DNA from: Steroidobacteraceae bacterium
Lineage (GTDB): Bacteria > Pseudomonadota > Gammaproteobacteria > Steroidobacterales > Steroidobacteraceae
Direction: 5' to 3'
DNA: 64,000 nucleotides
Assembly: GCA_035307465.1 (NCBI GenBank)
Contig: DATGIA010000019.1
Span: 6,905-70,904 of the forward strand
The position numbers were made by a program, and so were the translations under genes. The notes under the pieces are model-generated. The model saw nothing but the letters and a program-made list of their open reading frames with translations. It made no database searches and was not told where the DNA came from. Shown piece by piece: positions 18,558 to 26,976 of the stretch; the stretch's first letter is position 1, and each line of letters opens with the position of its first letter.

Positions 18558-19856
18558 TCAGAGCACGCGGCGGCGGCGAACCTCATCCGCGGTCACCTGA
18601 CCGGCCTTGCCGCCAAAATGGCCGATGAGGTAATTCGCGAGCGCCGCGACCTCGCTATCCGAATAGCCGGCGGCGAATCCCGGCATCGACGCATCGCTTT
18701 GCGCGGTCTGCAGATGTGAGCCGTGCAGGATCGCCGCTATCACGTTGACTCCGCTCACGTCATTGACGCTGCGGGCTCCGAGCAGTGCCGCTTCGCTGGT
18801 CTCGAGCCCCTTCCCGTTCCAGGTGTGGCAACCGACGCAGGCACCGGCAAAGAGCGCACTCCCATCGCTCGCGCCCTCATCGGCGGTCGGAGCGATGCCG
18901 CTCGAGGCCAGCACCGCTTTCGGCGCCGGATCGACCTTGATGACCGGCGCCCCGGCGCGCGGCGGCACGCCGCGCACGTAGCTCACCAGGGCGGCGATGT
19001 CGGCGGGATCGAGGTACTGGAGACTGTTCTCGACGGCCTCGGCCATCGGGCCGCCCGCCGCGCCGTGCTGCTCGGCGTGACCGACCTTGAGATAGCTCGC
19101 AAGATCCGCCTCGCTCCAGGCGCCCACCCCCGCCACCTGATCCGAGGTGATGTTGTAGGCACGCCAGCCCTGCTGCTCCGCCCCCGCGAACTCCTCGCCC
19201 GATTTGAGCGCGTACGCGAAGTTGCGCGGCGTATGACATTCCCCGCAATGCCCGAGCGCTCGGGCGAGATAGGCCCCGCTGTTCCAGGGCGCGGGTTTCG
19301 CCGCGTCCTGCACGAAGCGATGGCTGCGAAAGAAGAGCGCATTCCACACGCCGATCGCCCAGCGCTGATTGAACGGGAAGGACAGATCGTTCGGCCGGGC
19401 CGGTGCGTGAACCGCGGGCAGGCTGAACAGGTACTGCTTGATGGCGAGCACATCGTCGCGGCTCAGCGCCGTATACGAGGTGTATGGAAACGCCGGATAC
19501 AGGTGCCGCCCGCCGGGCGCGATCCCCTCGCGCACCGCGCGCACGAACTCATCGTCGCTCCAGCCGCCGATGCCCGTATCGCGGTCAGGCGTGATGTTGG
19601 TCGAGTAGAGCGTGCCGAACGGCAACTTGAAGGCCACGCCCCCCGCATAGGGCTCCCCCGAGGCTCCCCGCGTGTGGCAGGCGATGCAATCCGCCGCGCG
19701 CGCCAGGTATTCGCCGCGCGCCCCCGGCGTCGCGCTCGCCGGCGCGCCGGCGAGCGCCGGTGCGGTGCCGGGCGAGTCATCCGGGCGGGTGAGCACCACA
19801 TAGGCGGCGATGAGCAACAGGATGAGCACGATCGCGATCGACAGGGCACGGCGCAT
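18558..19856 (-). CDS. Membrane-anchored tri-haem cytochrome c (resembles the cytochrome subunit of membrane-bound alcohol/aldehyde/gluconate dehydrogenases)
   Basis: ORF 18558..19856(-), 432 aa. N-terminal anchor MRRALSIAIVLILLLIAAYVVL. Three CxxCH motifs (CIACH, CGECH, CVGCH), each followed by a distal Met region. Confidence 0.85.
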   Translation of the reverse strand: MRRALSIAIVLILLLIAAYVVLTRPDDSPGTAPALAGAPASATPGARGEYLARAADCIACHTRGASGEPYAGGVAFKLPFGTLYSTNITPDRDTGIGGWSDDEFVRAVREGIAPGGRHLYPAFPYTSYTALSRDDVLAIKQYLFSLPAVHAPARPNDLSFPFNQRWAIGVWNALFFRSHRFVQDAAKPAPWNSGAYLARALGHCGECHTPRNFAYALKSGEEFAGAEQQGWRAYNITSDQVAGVGAWSEADLASYLKVGHAEQHGAAGGPMAEAVENSLQYLDPADIAALVSYVRGVPPRAGAPVIKVDPAPKAVLASSGIAPTADEGASDGSALFAGACVGCHTWNGKGLETSEAALLGARSVNDVSGVNVIAAILHGSHLQTAQSDASMPGFAAGYSDSEVAALANYLIGHFGGKAGQVTADEVRRRRVL

Positions 19857-19957
19857 GATTCATCCCCCAGCGGCTTGGCAGCTCTTTGGTACGATCTTCC
19901 GTCGTCCCGCACGATCTGTCGAGGGCTCGGGCACCCGCCCGCCCACCCGCCTCGCCC

Positions 19958-20866
19958 TCACAAATCGACGATCTCCACCGCGTCCGCCTCGAGCGGCGCA
20001 CCGAGAAACGTGCCGCCGACGCGCGCGAAGCGCTCGGCACCGTCCGTGGCGAGCCACACGACACGCCCGCCCTCCCGCGGCCACCCCGCTCCGGTGCGCT
20101 GCCTCGCCGCCCCCTCCCCCGGCGCTGCCGCGTTGGCGCCCTCCCTCGCCCCGCCCTGCCCCGGCACCCGCGCGCCGAGCCCGAGCCGCTCCACGACAGC
20201 GCGCGCGGTGGTTGCCGCCGAGTCGACGATGCGCACCCCCGCAGGCAGCACCGCGCGCAGCGCGGGAATCAGCACCGGAAAGTGCGTGCAGCCGAGCACG
20301 AGCGTGTCGGGCGCATCGCGTTGCTGGAAGAGCGGCTCGAGATAGCGCCGCGCCACCGCCTCGACGACCGGGCCCTGGGTCCAGCCTTCCTCGGCGAGCG
20401 CGACAAACAATGAGCAGGCCCTCGCGCTGACCCGTGCCCCTGCGCTGCGCGCGTGGATTGCATTCTGATAGGCGCCGCCCTGAATGGTGCCCTCCGTGCC
20501 GATCACGGCGATGTGCTGCGAGCTCGAGGTCTGCACCGCCGCCTGCGCACCGGGCTCGATCACGCCGATCACCGGGAGTGAGGGGTGCCTCAGCGTGAGC
20601 GCCGGCAGCGCCGAGGCGGATGCGGTATTGCAGGCGATGACGAGCGCGCTCACCCCCCGCGCGATGAGCGCATCCGCACATTGAAGCGAGTAGCGCACCA
20701 CCGTCTCCGGACTCTTGGTGCCGTAGGGCAGGCGCGCCGTGTCACCCAGATAGATGAAGTCCTGCGCGGGCAGCGCCTCGCGCAAGGCGCGCAGCACCGT
20801 CAGGCCCCCGACTCCTGAATCGAACACGCCGATCGGTGCTCGTGGCGCGCCCGCGTCCGCCGCCAT
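19958..20866 (-). CDS. murI: Glutamate racemase
   Basis: ORF 19958..20866(-), 302 aa. IGVFDSGVGGLTVL, catalytic cysteines in VIACNTAS and LGCTHFP. Gly/Ala/Arg-rich insert near the C-terminus. Its ATG shares one nucleotide with the lysS TGA. Confidence 0.93.
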   Translation of the reverse strand: MAADAGAPRAPIGVFDSGVGGLTVLRALREALPAQDFIYLGDTARLPYGTKSPETVVRYSLQCADALIARGVSALVIACNTASASALPALTLRHPSLPVIGVIEPGAQAAVQTSSSQHIAVIGTEGTIQGGAYQNAIHARSAGARVSARACSLFVALAEEGWTQGPVVEAVARRYLEPLFQQRDAPDTLVLGCTHFPVLIPALRAVLPAGVRIVDSAATTARAVVERLGLGARVPGQGGAREGANAAAPGEGAARQRTGAGWPREGGRVVWLATDGAERFARVGGTFLGAPLEADAVEIVDL

Positions 20867-22350
20867 CAGCTCTCGGGCCGCAGGTGCGGAAAGAGCAGCA
20901 CGTCGCGGATCGAGGGCGCATCGGTGAACAGCATCACCGTGCGATCGACGCCGAGCCCCAGGCCTGCGGCCGGCGGCATGCCGTACTCGAGCGCGCGCAC
21001 ATAGTCCGTGTCGTAGTACATCGCCTCCTCATCGCCCGCCGCCTTGCGCGCAACCTGGTCGCGAAAGCGCTGCGCCTGGTCTTCCGGGTCGTTGAGCTCG
21101 GAGAAGCCGTTCGCGAGCTCGCGCCCGCCGATGAAGAACTCCCAGCGATCGGTGATGAAGGGATCGCGGTCGTTGCGGCGGGAGAGCGGCGAGACCTCGG
21201 CCGGGTAGGCGTAAGCAAACGTGGGCTGCTCGAGCGTGTGCTCGCCGGTCTTCTCGAAGATCTCGATCTGCAGCTTCCCCGCTCCATCGCCGCTCTGATA
21301 GGGGATTTTGAGGCGCTCGCAGACCTGACGCAGGTAGGGCACATCGCGCAGTCGCGCGGCATCGAGCCCGGGATTGTGAGCGCGAATGATCTCCTCGATC
21401 GAAAGCCGCGCGAAGGGCTTCGACAGGTCGAATTCCCGGCCCTGGTAGCGCACCTGGCGGGTACCGAGGATGCTGTCCGCCAGTCCCTGGAAGAGCGTCT
21501 GCACCATGTCCATGAGGTCGCGATAGTCGGCGTACGCCTGGTAGAGCTCGAGCATCGTGAACTCGGGGTTGTGCTGCGTCGAGACGCCCTCGTTGCGAAA
21601 ATTGCGGTTGATCTCATAGACGCGCTCGAAGCCGCCCACGGTCAGGCGCTTCAGGTAGAGCTCCGGCGCAATGCGCAGATACATGTCGGCATCGAGCGCA
21701 TTGTGATGCGTCTTGAAGGGGCGGGCCGCCGCTCCGCCGGGGATCGGCTGCAGCATCGGCGTCTCGACCTCGAGAAAGCCGCGCTCGTCGAGAAAGCGGC
21801 GCAGGTAGCGCACGATCCGGGTGCGCGTCTCGAACACACGCCGGCTGTGCTCGTTCATGATGAGATCCACGTAGCGGCGCCGGTACCTGAGCTCGGTGTC
21901 GGCGATGCCGTGCCACTTGTCCGGGAGCGGACGGAGCGATTTGGTGATGAGCACCAGCCGCTCGACGCGCACCGAGAGCTCGCCGGTCTTGGTTTTGAAG
22001 AGCACGCCCTGCGCGCCCACGATATCGCCGACGTCCCAGCTCTTGAACTCCTCGTACACCGCGCCGAGCGCATCCCGCTGCAAGAAGATCTGGATCTCCC
22101 CGCTCCCGTCCTCGAGCTTGGCGAAGCTTGCCTTGCCCATCACGCGCTTCGCCCGCATGCGGCCGGCGACCGTGACGTTGATCGCCTCGCGCTCGAGCTC
22201 CTCGTTGCTCTTGCCCGAGTGCGCCGCGATGAGCTCCGCGGCCAACGCGGTGCGCCTGAAGTCGTTGGGAAAGGGCTGGCCGCGCTCGCGCAGGCGCGCG
22301 AGCTTCGCGCGCCGCTCGGCAATCAGATGGTTGTCATCATCCTCGCTCAT
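20866..22350 (-). CDS. lysS: Lysine--tRNA ligase (class II)
   Basis: ORF 20866..22350(-), 494 aa. N-terminal OB fold ([23 protein letters not shown]) and class II motifs ([23 protein letters not shown]). Confidence 0.97.
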   Translation of the reverse strand: MSEDDDNHLIAERRAKLARLRERGQPFPNDFRRTALAAELIAAHSGKSNEELEREAINVTVAGRMRAKRVMGKASFAKLEDGSGEIQIFLQRDALGAVYEEFKSWDVGDIVGAQGVLFKTKTGELSVRVERLVLITKSLRPLPDKWHGIADTELRYRRRYVDLIMNEHSRRVFETRTRIVRYLRRFLDERGFLEVETPMLQPIPGGAAARPFKTHHNALDADMYLRIAPELYLKRLTVGGFERVYEINRNFRNEGVSTQHNPEFTMLELYQAYADYRDLMDMVQTLFQGLADSILGTRQVRYQGREFDLSKPFARLSIEEIIRAHNPGLDAARLRDVPYLRQVCERLKIPYQSGDGAGKLQIEIFEKTGEHTLEQPTFAYAYPAEVSPLSRRNDRDPFITDRWEFFIGGRELANGFSELNDPEDQAQRFRDQVARKAAGDEEAMYYDTDYVRALEYGMPPAAGLGLGVDRTVMLFTDAPSIRDVLLFPHLRPES

Positions 22351-22395
22351 GCGCCCGCTCGCTCATGCGCCCGCTCGCTCATGCGCCTGCTCGCC
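22342..22395 (-). repeat. Three tandem 16-bp direct repeats (plus a partial fourth) carrying the lysS start codon
   Basis: The plus-strand unit ctcgctcatgcgcccg lies at 22342-22357 and 22358-22373. A third copy at 22374-22389 has one change (cctg), followed by ctcgcc. Each copy contains ATGAGCGAG on the minus strand; only the 3'-most ATG (22350) is in the lysS frame. Confidence 0.95.
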
Positions 22396-22432
22396 GAGGC
22401 CGCCCGCTCTCTCATGCCCGTCGCGCATCCCG

Positions 22433-23528
22433 TCATAATCCCTGCTTGAGGCTCGCCTGCATGAACGGGTCGAGATCTCCGTCGAGCACCGAGGTCGTGT
22501 TGCCGATCTCCACCCCGGTTCTGAGGTCCTTGATGCGCGACTGGTCGAGCACGTAGCTTCGGATCTGATTGCCCCAGCTCACGTCCGACTTCGAATCCTC
22601 GAGCACCTTCGCCGCGGCATTGCGCTTGTTGAACTCGAGCTCGTAAAGCTTCGCCTTCAGCATCTTCATGGCGGTCGAGCGGTTCTTGTGCTGGCTGCGC
22701 TCGCTCTGGCAGGCCACCACGATTCCGGTGGGAACGTGGGTGATGCGCACCGCCGATTCGGTCTTGTTGACGTGCTGCCCGCCCGCCCCGCTCGATCGAT
22801 ACACATCCGTGCGCAGATCCGCAGGGTTGATCTCGATGTCGATGTCATCGTCCACCTCCGGTGAGACGAACACGGAGGCGAAGGAGGTGTGGCGCCGGTT
22901 GCCCGAATCGAACGGCGACTTGCGCACGAGACGGTGCACACCGGTCTCCGTGCGCAGCCAGCCGTAGGCGTAATCACCCATCATCTGGATGGTCGCGCCC
23001 TTGATTCCGGCCACCTCGCCCGCGCTCTGATCGATGATCTCGGTCTTGATGCCGTGCCGGTCCGCCCACTTGAGGTACATGCGCATGAGCATCTGCGCCC
23101 AGTCTTGCGCCTCGGTGCCGCCCGCCCCCGCCTGGATGTCGAGAAAGGCGTTATGCGAGTCCATGGGGCCGGGGAACATGCGCTGGAATTCCAGCTGCTC
23201 GACCTCGTGCGCGAGCGTCGAGGCGTCGCGCTCGATCTCGGCGCTCGCCTGCAGATCGTTCTCCGCCGCCGCCACCTCGAGCAGCTCGCGCGCATCGCGC
23301 AGCCCGCCGGTGAGATGATCGAGCGAGCCCACCACCTGCTCGAGCTTGGCGCGCTCGCGACCGAGCTCCTGAGCTCGCTCGGCGTTGCTCCAGATGCCGG
23401 GCTGCTCGAGCTCGCGCGTTACCTCCTGCAGGCGTTCGTGCTTTTCATCGTACTCAAAGATACCTCCTCAGCGAGTCGGTACGCTCTTCGAGATCGGCGA
23501 TGTATCGCTTCAATTGATTGATTTCCAT
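22433..23528 (-). CDS. prfB: Peptide chain release factor 2, requiring a programmed +1 ribosomal frameshift
   Basis: Frame 0 runs from ATG 23528 ([24 protein letters not shown]) to in-frame TGA 23454-23456. The +1 frame continues [48 protein letters not shown]... into track ORF 22433..23335(-). SPF motif (RKSPFDS) and GGQ motif ([11 protein letters not shown]). 24 + 340 aa. Confidence 0.95.
23454..23468 (-). promoter_or_regulatory. prfB +1 frameshift site with internal Shine-Dalgarno
   Basis: The minus strand reads AGGAGG TAT CTT TGA G. This has the same architecture as the E. coli site AGGGGG UAU CUU UGA C, but the base after the stop is G. Confidence 0.9.
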
Positions 23529-23637
23529 GTGAGCACTTTAGCACGGCCGCGCCCGATCACTGGCGCGACGGGCACTCACGCAACGGGCGGTCACGCGCGA
23601 CGGAGGATCACGATCACCCGGGACGGCCTGCTCCCCC

Positions 23638-25374
23638 CTAGAGCAGCGCGAGGTGCTGGCAGTTGAGCTGCGCGCGTTCCAGGCCCTCGTACTCGTTGAC
23701 CTCGAGGCGATAGCCGACGTGCACCTCCGCGCCCGGCGCGGGCGGCTCGGGGAGGCCCTCGCCCTCACCCTCGAGAAAGCCGAAGTAGATCGCATCGAGC
23801 GCGAGCAGGCCGGTTGCGTAGCGCCCGTCGCCCGCCCGTGGCAGCAGGCGCAGCTTCAGATGCCGGTCGGAGAGCACGCGCCGCTCGGCCACCCGGAACG
23901 CGCCGTCGAACACGGGCTCGGGAAATCCCGCACCCCACGGCCCCGCCCGCTGCAACAGCCGCGCGGTCTCGACCGAGAGCTGCGCGGGCTCGAGCTCACC
24001 GTCTGAGAGCAGTATCCCCGCGAGCGCCGCGCCCTCGGCGCGCGCCGCGATCGCGGCGGCGAATGCTTCGCGAAACTCCTCGAAGCGCGCCCGCTCGAGG
24101 GTGAGGCCCGCCGCCATCGCATGGCCGCCGAAGCGGCGCACGAGGCCGGGATGGCGCGTCGCGATCTCCTCGAGCACGTCGCGGATGTGGATGCCGTCGA
24201 CCGAGCGCGCCGAGCCGCGCAGCGCATCGCCCTCATCGCGGGCGAAGGCGATCACCGGGCGGTGCACCCGCTCCTTCACCCGCCCAGCGACCAGGCCAAC
24301 GACGCCTTGGTGCCAGGTCTCGTCGAACAGACAAAGCCCCAGGAAATCGCCGCCCTGCGGCTCGAGGCGCACCCGCGCGAGCAGCTCGAGTGCCTCGCGC
24401 TGCATCTTGAGCTCGATCTCGCGTCGTGCCTGGTTGAGCTCGGAGAGCTCGCGGGCGAGCTGCCGCGCCTCGCCGGCATCGTCCGTGATGAGGCAGCGGA
24501 TCCCGATGCTCATGTCGGCGAGGCGCCCGGCCGCGTTCACCCGCGGCGCGAGCGCGAAGGCGAGATCCGCCACCTCGAGCCTCTCGAGGTCGCGTTTCGA
24601 GTGCTCGGCGAGCGCGCGCAGGCCGGGCACGCAGCGCCCGGCGCGCATGCGCTTCAGGCCCTGCGCCACCAGGATCCGGTTGTTGCGATCGAGCGGCACC
24701 AGGTCGGCGACCGTGCCGAGCGCGACCAGGTCCAGGAGATCCGCCGCCCGGAACTCGCGCGGCTCGAGCGCGCGGGCGAGCGCTGCGATGAGATAGAAGG
24801 CCACCCCGACGCCGCACAGCGCGCGGCTGCCGAAGCGGCTGCCGGGGATGTTCGGGTTGATGAGCGCCTGCGCCGCCGGCAGCTGCGGGCCCGGCAGGTG
24901 GTGGTCGGTGATCAGGACGGGAATGCCGCGTGCGCGCGCCGCCGCCACGCCCTCGAGGCTCGAGATTCCATTGTCCACCGTGACGATGAGGCTCGGCTCG
25001 CTCATCGCCGCGAGCGAGACGATCTCGGGCGTGAGCCCGTAGCCGAGCTTGAAGCGGTCCGGCACCAGAAACTCGACGCGCGCAAATCCGAGCGCGCGCA
25101 GCGCCCGCACCAGGAGCGCACTGCCCGTGGCGCCATCGGCATCGAAGTCTCCGACGATCAGAATGTGCCCGTCGCGCCGGTGCTCGAGGAGCAGCTCGAC
25201 CCCCGCCGGCACGCCCTCGAGCGAGTTCACCGGCAACAACCGATCGAGGGTGAGCGCGAGCTCATCCGCATGCCGCACGCCGCGCGATGCATAGATGCGC
25301 TTGAGGAGCGGCGGCAGCGCCTCACCGAGCTCGGCCGTCTCGAGCGCGCCGCGCCTGCGAATCTCACGCATCAT
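23638..25374 (-). CDS. recJ: Single-stranded-DNA-specific exonuclease RecJ
   Basis: ORF 23638..25374(-), 578 aa. DHH-family motifs VGDFDADGATG, LITDHHLPG, DHH-associated GGHAMAAG. Confidence 0.96.
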   Translation of the reverse strand: MMREIRRRGALETAELGEALPPLLKRIYASRGVRHADELALTLDRLLPVNSLEGVPAGVELLLEHRRDGHILIVGDFDADGATGSALLVRALRALGFARVEFLVPDRFKLGYGLTPEIVSLAAMSEPSLIVTVDNGISSLEGVAAARARGIPVLITDHHLPGPQLPAAQALINPNIPGSRFGSRALCGVGVAFYLIAALARALEPREFRAADLLDLVALGTVADLVPLDRNNRILVAQGLKRMRAGRCVPGLRALAEHSKRDLERLEVADLAFALAPRVNAAGRLADMSIGIRCLITDDAGEARQLARELSELNQARREIELKMQREALELLARVRLEPQGGDFLGLCLFDETWHQGVVGLVAGRVKERVHRPVIAFARDEGDALRGSARSVDGIHIRDVLEEIATRHPGLVRRFGGHAMAAGLTLERARFEEFREAFAAAIAARAEGAALAGILLSDGELEPAQLSVETARLLQRAGPWGAGFPEPVFDGAFRVAERRVLSDRHLKLRLLPRAGDGRYATGLLALDAIYFGFLEGEGEGLPEPPAPGAEVHVGYRLEVNEYEGLERAQLNCQHLALL

Positions 25375-26294
25375 GCGGGCTCCTCATCGCTCGAAGGCTC
25401 CATCCACCAGGGATGCGCGCGTCGCCACAGCCGATAGGAGCCGAGACGCCCGAGGCGGTGGGTGCGAGATCCGAGCGACAGCTCGAGCCGCTCGAGCCGC
25501 CCGGCACGCAGATCCGCGAGCGCGGGCACGAGCCAGTCGCGCTCGAGGATCGCATAGGACCCCTCGCCCGGGGGCGTCGCACTCACGATGATTCCCGAGC
25601 GCGCATCGCGTGGATACCGCTCGCGCGGCGCGTAGGCGCCGAACAGCGGATCATCGCCGTGCGACCACAGATCGAGCGGCGGCAGGGGCTCATCGCCGCG
25701 CGCCCCACCCCAGAGCCACAGGCCGCCGATCGCCGGCTCATCGCGAGCGCGGCGCGCATCGTTCAAGGGGTGATCGTGCAGCCAGATCTCGGTCTCGCTC
25801 ATGAGCGCACGCAACGAGGCCCCGGCGGCCCCTTGCGGCAGATGGGCGAGGATATCGCGTCCGATGATCGTCGCGGGGTCGGTGGTGAGCGGCGGCGGCG
25901 CACCGCGGGAGGATGCCTCGATCAGGCAGAGCAGCCGTTGGCCGCGCCCGCGCACCAGCCGCGCGCCGCCCGCGCTGAAAGCGCGGTTGAACTCGCTCGC
26001 GAGCCAATCCGCTTCCTGAGCGCTGAGCGGGAGAAGACCATCCTCGGCAAGACTCACCCCCCGCATCCCCGCGATGAGGTTCACGGGGCTCGCGAGCATC
26101 AGCCAGCCCGCGCCGAGCGCCGAGCGGGCGCTCGCCTCGCTCTCCGCCGTCGCGCTGCGCTCGCGCGCGCCGCACGCGACCCCCGGAAACTCGGTGCCGG
26201 GCGCGAGCATGCGCCAGGCGTGAGCGCGCCAGTCCTCGACCGCGCCCGTGGAAGCGCCGCGGGCCAGCAGTCGCTCGAGGAGCGGCGCGCGCAT
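25371..26294 (-). CDS. Conserved hypothetical protein, translationally coupled to recJ
   Basis: ORF 25371..26342(-). Its stop overlaps the recJ ATG (ATGA). Contains ...SPVNLIAGMRGVSL..., LHDHPLNDARRARDEPAIGGLWLWGG. From memory this resembles a beta/gammaproteobacterial family of unknown function that is sometimes annotated as phosphoglycerate-mutase-like. The start is uncertain: TTG 26342, GTG 26333 or ATG 26294, with ATG chosen. Confidence 0.65.
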   Translation of the reverse strand: MRAPLLERLLARGASTGAVEDWRAHAWRMLAPGTEFPGVACGARERSATAESEASARSALGAGWLMLASPVNLIAGMRGVSLAEDGLLPLSAQEADWLASEFNRAFSAGGARLVRGRGQRLLCLIEASSRGAPPPLTTDPATIIGRDILAHLPQGAAGASLRALMSETEIWLHDHPLNDARRARDEPAIGGLWLWGGARGDEPLPPLDLWSHGDDPLFGAYAPRERYPRDARSGIIVSATPPGEGSYAILERDWLVPALADLRAGRLERLELSLGSRTHRLGRLGSYRLWRRAHPWWMEPSSDEEPA

Positions 26295-26379
26295 CGCGCC
26301 TTCGCGCGGGCGCGCGCCGAAACGAAAGTACACAATGGCCAAGAGTCATCCCGAGGCTATTCTCGATATTCTAGAGAGC

Positions 26380-26748
26380 ATGCGCTTCACACGAGACACC
26401 AGCACCGCCCTGTACCTGCCGCGCGCATACCGCCCGGGCGAGATCACGATCAACGAGACCTGTTACCGGACCCCCGTGATCATCAGCGCGAGCGCACTCG
26501 AGGCCGGACCTGCGATCGGGGAGGCCGCCTCGCTTCTCGAGTCGCACGCCGCGCCCGTGCTCGCGCTCGACCCCGAGGTCGTGCTGCTCGGCACCGGCGC
26601 GCAGCATACCTTCCCACCCGCCGTGTTCGGCGCGCAATTCTTGAAGAAGAGCATTGGATTCGAGGCGATGAGCACGGCGGCGGCCTGCCGCACCTTCAGC
26701 GTGCTCGTGAGCGAGCAGCGCCGGGTCGTTGCGCTGCTCCTCCCCTAG
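26380..26748 (+). CDS. Mth938-like / DUF498 domain protein
   Basis: Part of ORF 26248..26748(+). PEVVLLGTGAQHTFPP and GIGFEAMSTAAACRTFSVLVSEQRRVVALL match the DUF498 pattern. Start set at ATG 26380 (MRFTRD..., 122 aa) because codons between ATG 26335 and 26380 are AT3-rich, unlike local coding sequence. ATG 26335 remains possible. Confidence 0.8.
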   Translation: MRFTRDTSTALYLPRAYRPGEITINETCYRTPVIISASALEAGPAIGEAASLLESHAAPVLALDPEVVLLGTGAQHTFPPAVFGAQFLKKSIGFEAMSTAAACRTFSVLVSEQRRVVALLLP

Positions 26749-26790
26749 GGGAGGCGTGATCGGGGGAATCGAAATCTCAAGCGGGAGAAA

Positions 26791-26886
26791 ATGGCGGGGC
26801 GCTGGCGATATGATTGTCTTGGTTGGAGAATTGTTCTACTTCTCGTTGATCTTATTCTAGTTTTGTTCTTCCGCATCTCATCGTAA
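26791..26886 (+). CDS. Candidate 31-codon hydrophobic small protein (hypothetical; type I toxin-like or small membrane protein)
   Basis: Below the track length cutoff. ATG 26791 to TAA 26884-26886 encodes MAGRWRYDCLGWRIVLLLVDLILVLFFRISS, with a GGGAG SD at 26783-26787 only 3 nt before the ATG. 18 of 31 third positions are A/T. Nucleotides 26794-26803 pair perfectly with 26886-26895, bracketing the ORF. No homologue is recognised, so coding status is unproven. Confidence 0.35.
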   Translation: MAGRWRYDCLGWRIVLLLVDLILVLFFRISS

Positions 26887-26976
26887 GCGCCCCGCGGAAT
26901 GGACTTCCCTAAACGAGGCTCAGTAAAACACAGCAATCGCACGGCCGCAAGAACGCGCGCTGGCCACCGCTCCTGT

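Noticed and set aside
20020-20170. Gly/Ala/Arg-rich insertion near the MurI C-terminus (GLGARVPGQGGAREGANAAAPGEGAARQRTGAGWPREGG) as a possible extra domain
   Set aside because: It is a low-complexity segment in frame with normal MurI sequence on both sides and has no motif. It is most simply a lineage-specific loop, so it is not reported as a finding.
22342-22395. Tandem repeats considered as a mini CRISPR or VNTR array
   Set aside because: The units are contiguous 16-mers without spacers and include the lysS start codon. They are reported instead as a repeat with possible translational consequences.
26745-26942. 65-aa minus-strand ORF in the AT-rich island (MRLLCFTEPRLGKSIPRGAYDEMRKNKTRIRSTRSRTILQ...)
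   Set aside because: It is the antisense frame of the T-rich hydrophobic small ORF, which automatically yields an Arg/Lys/Ser-rich product. It has a GTG start without an SD and runs into the DUF498 stop palindrome. There is no support for coding.
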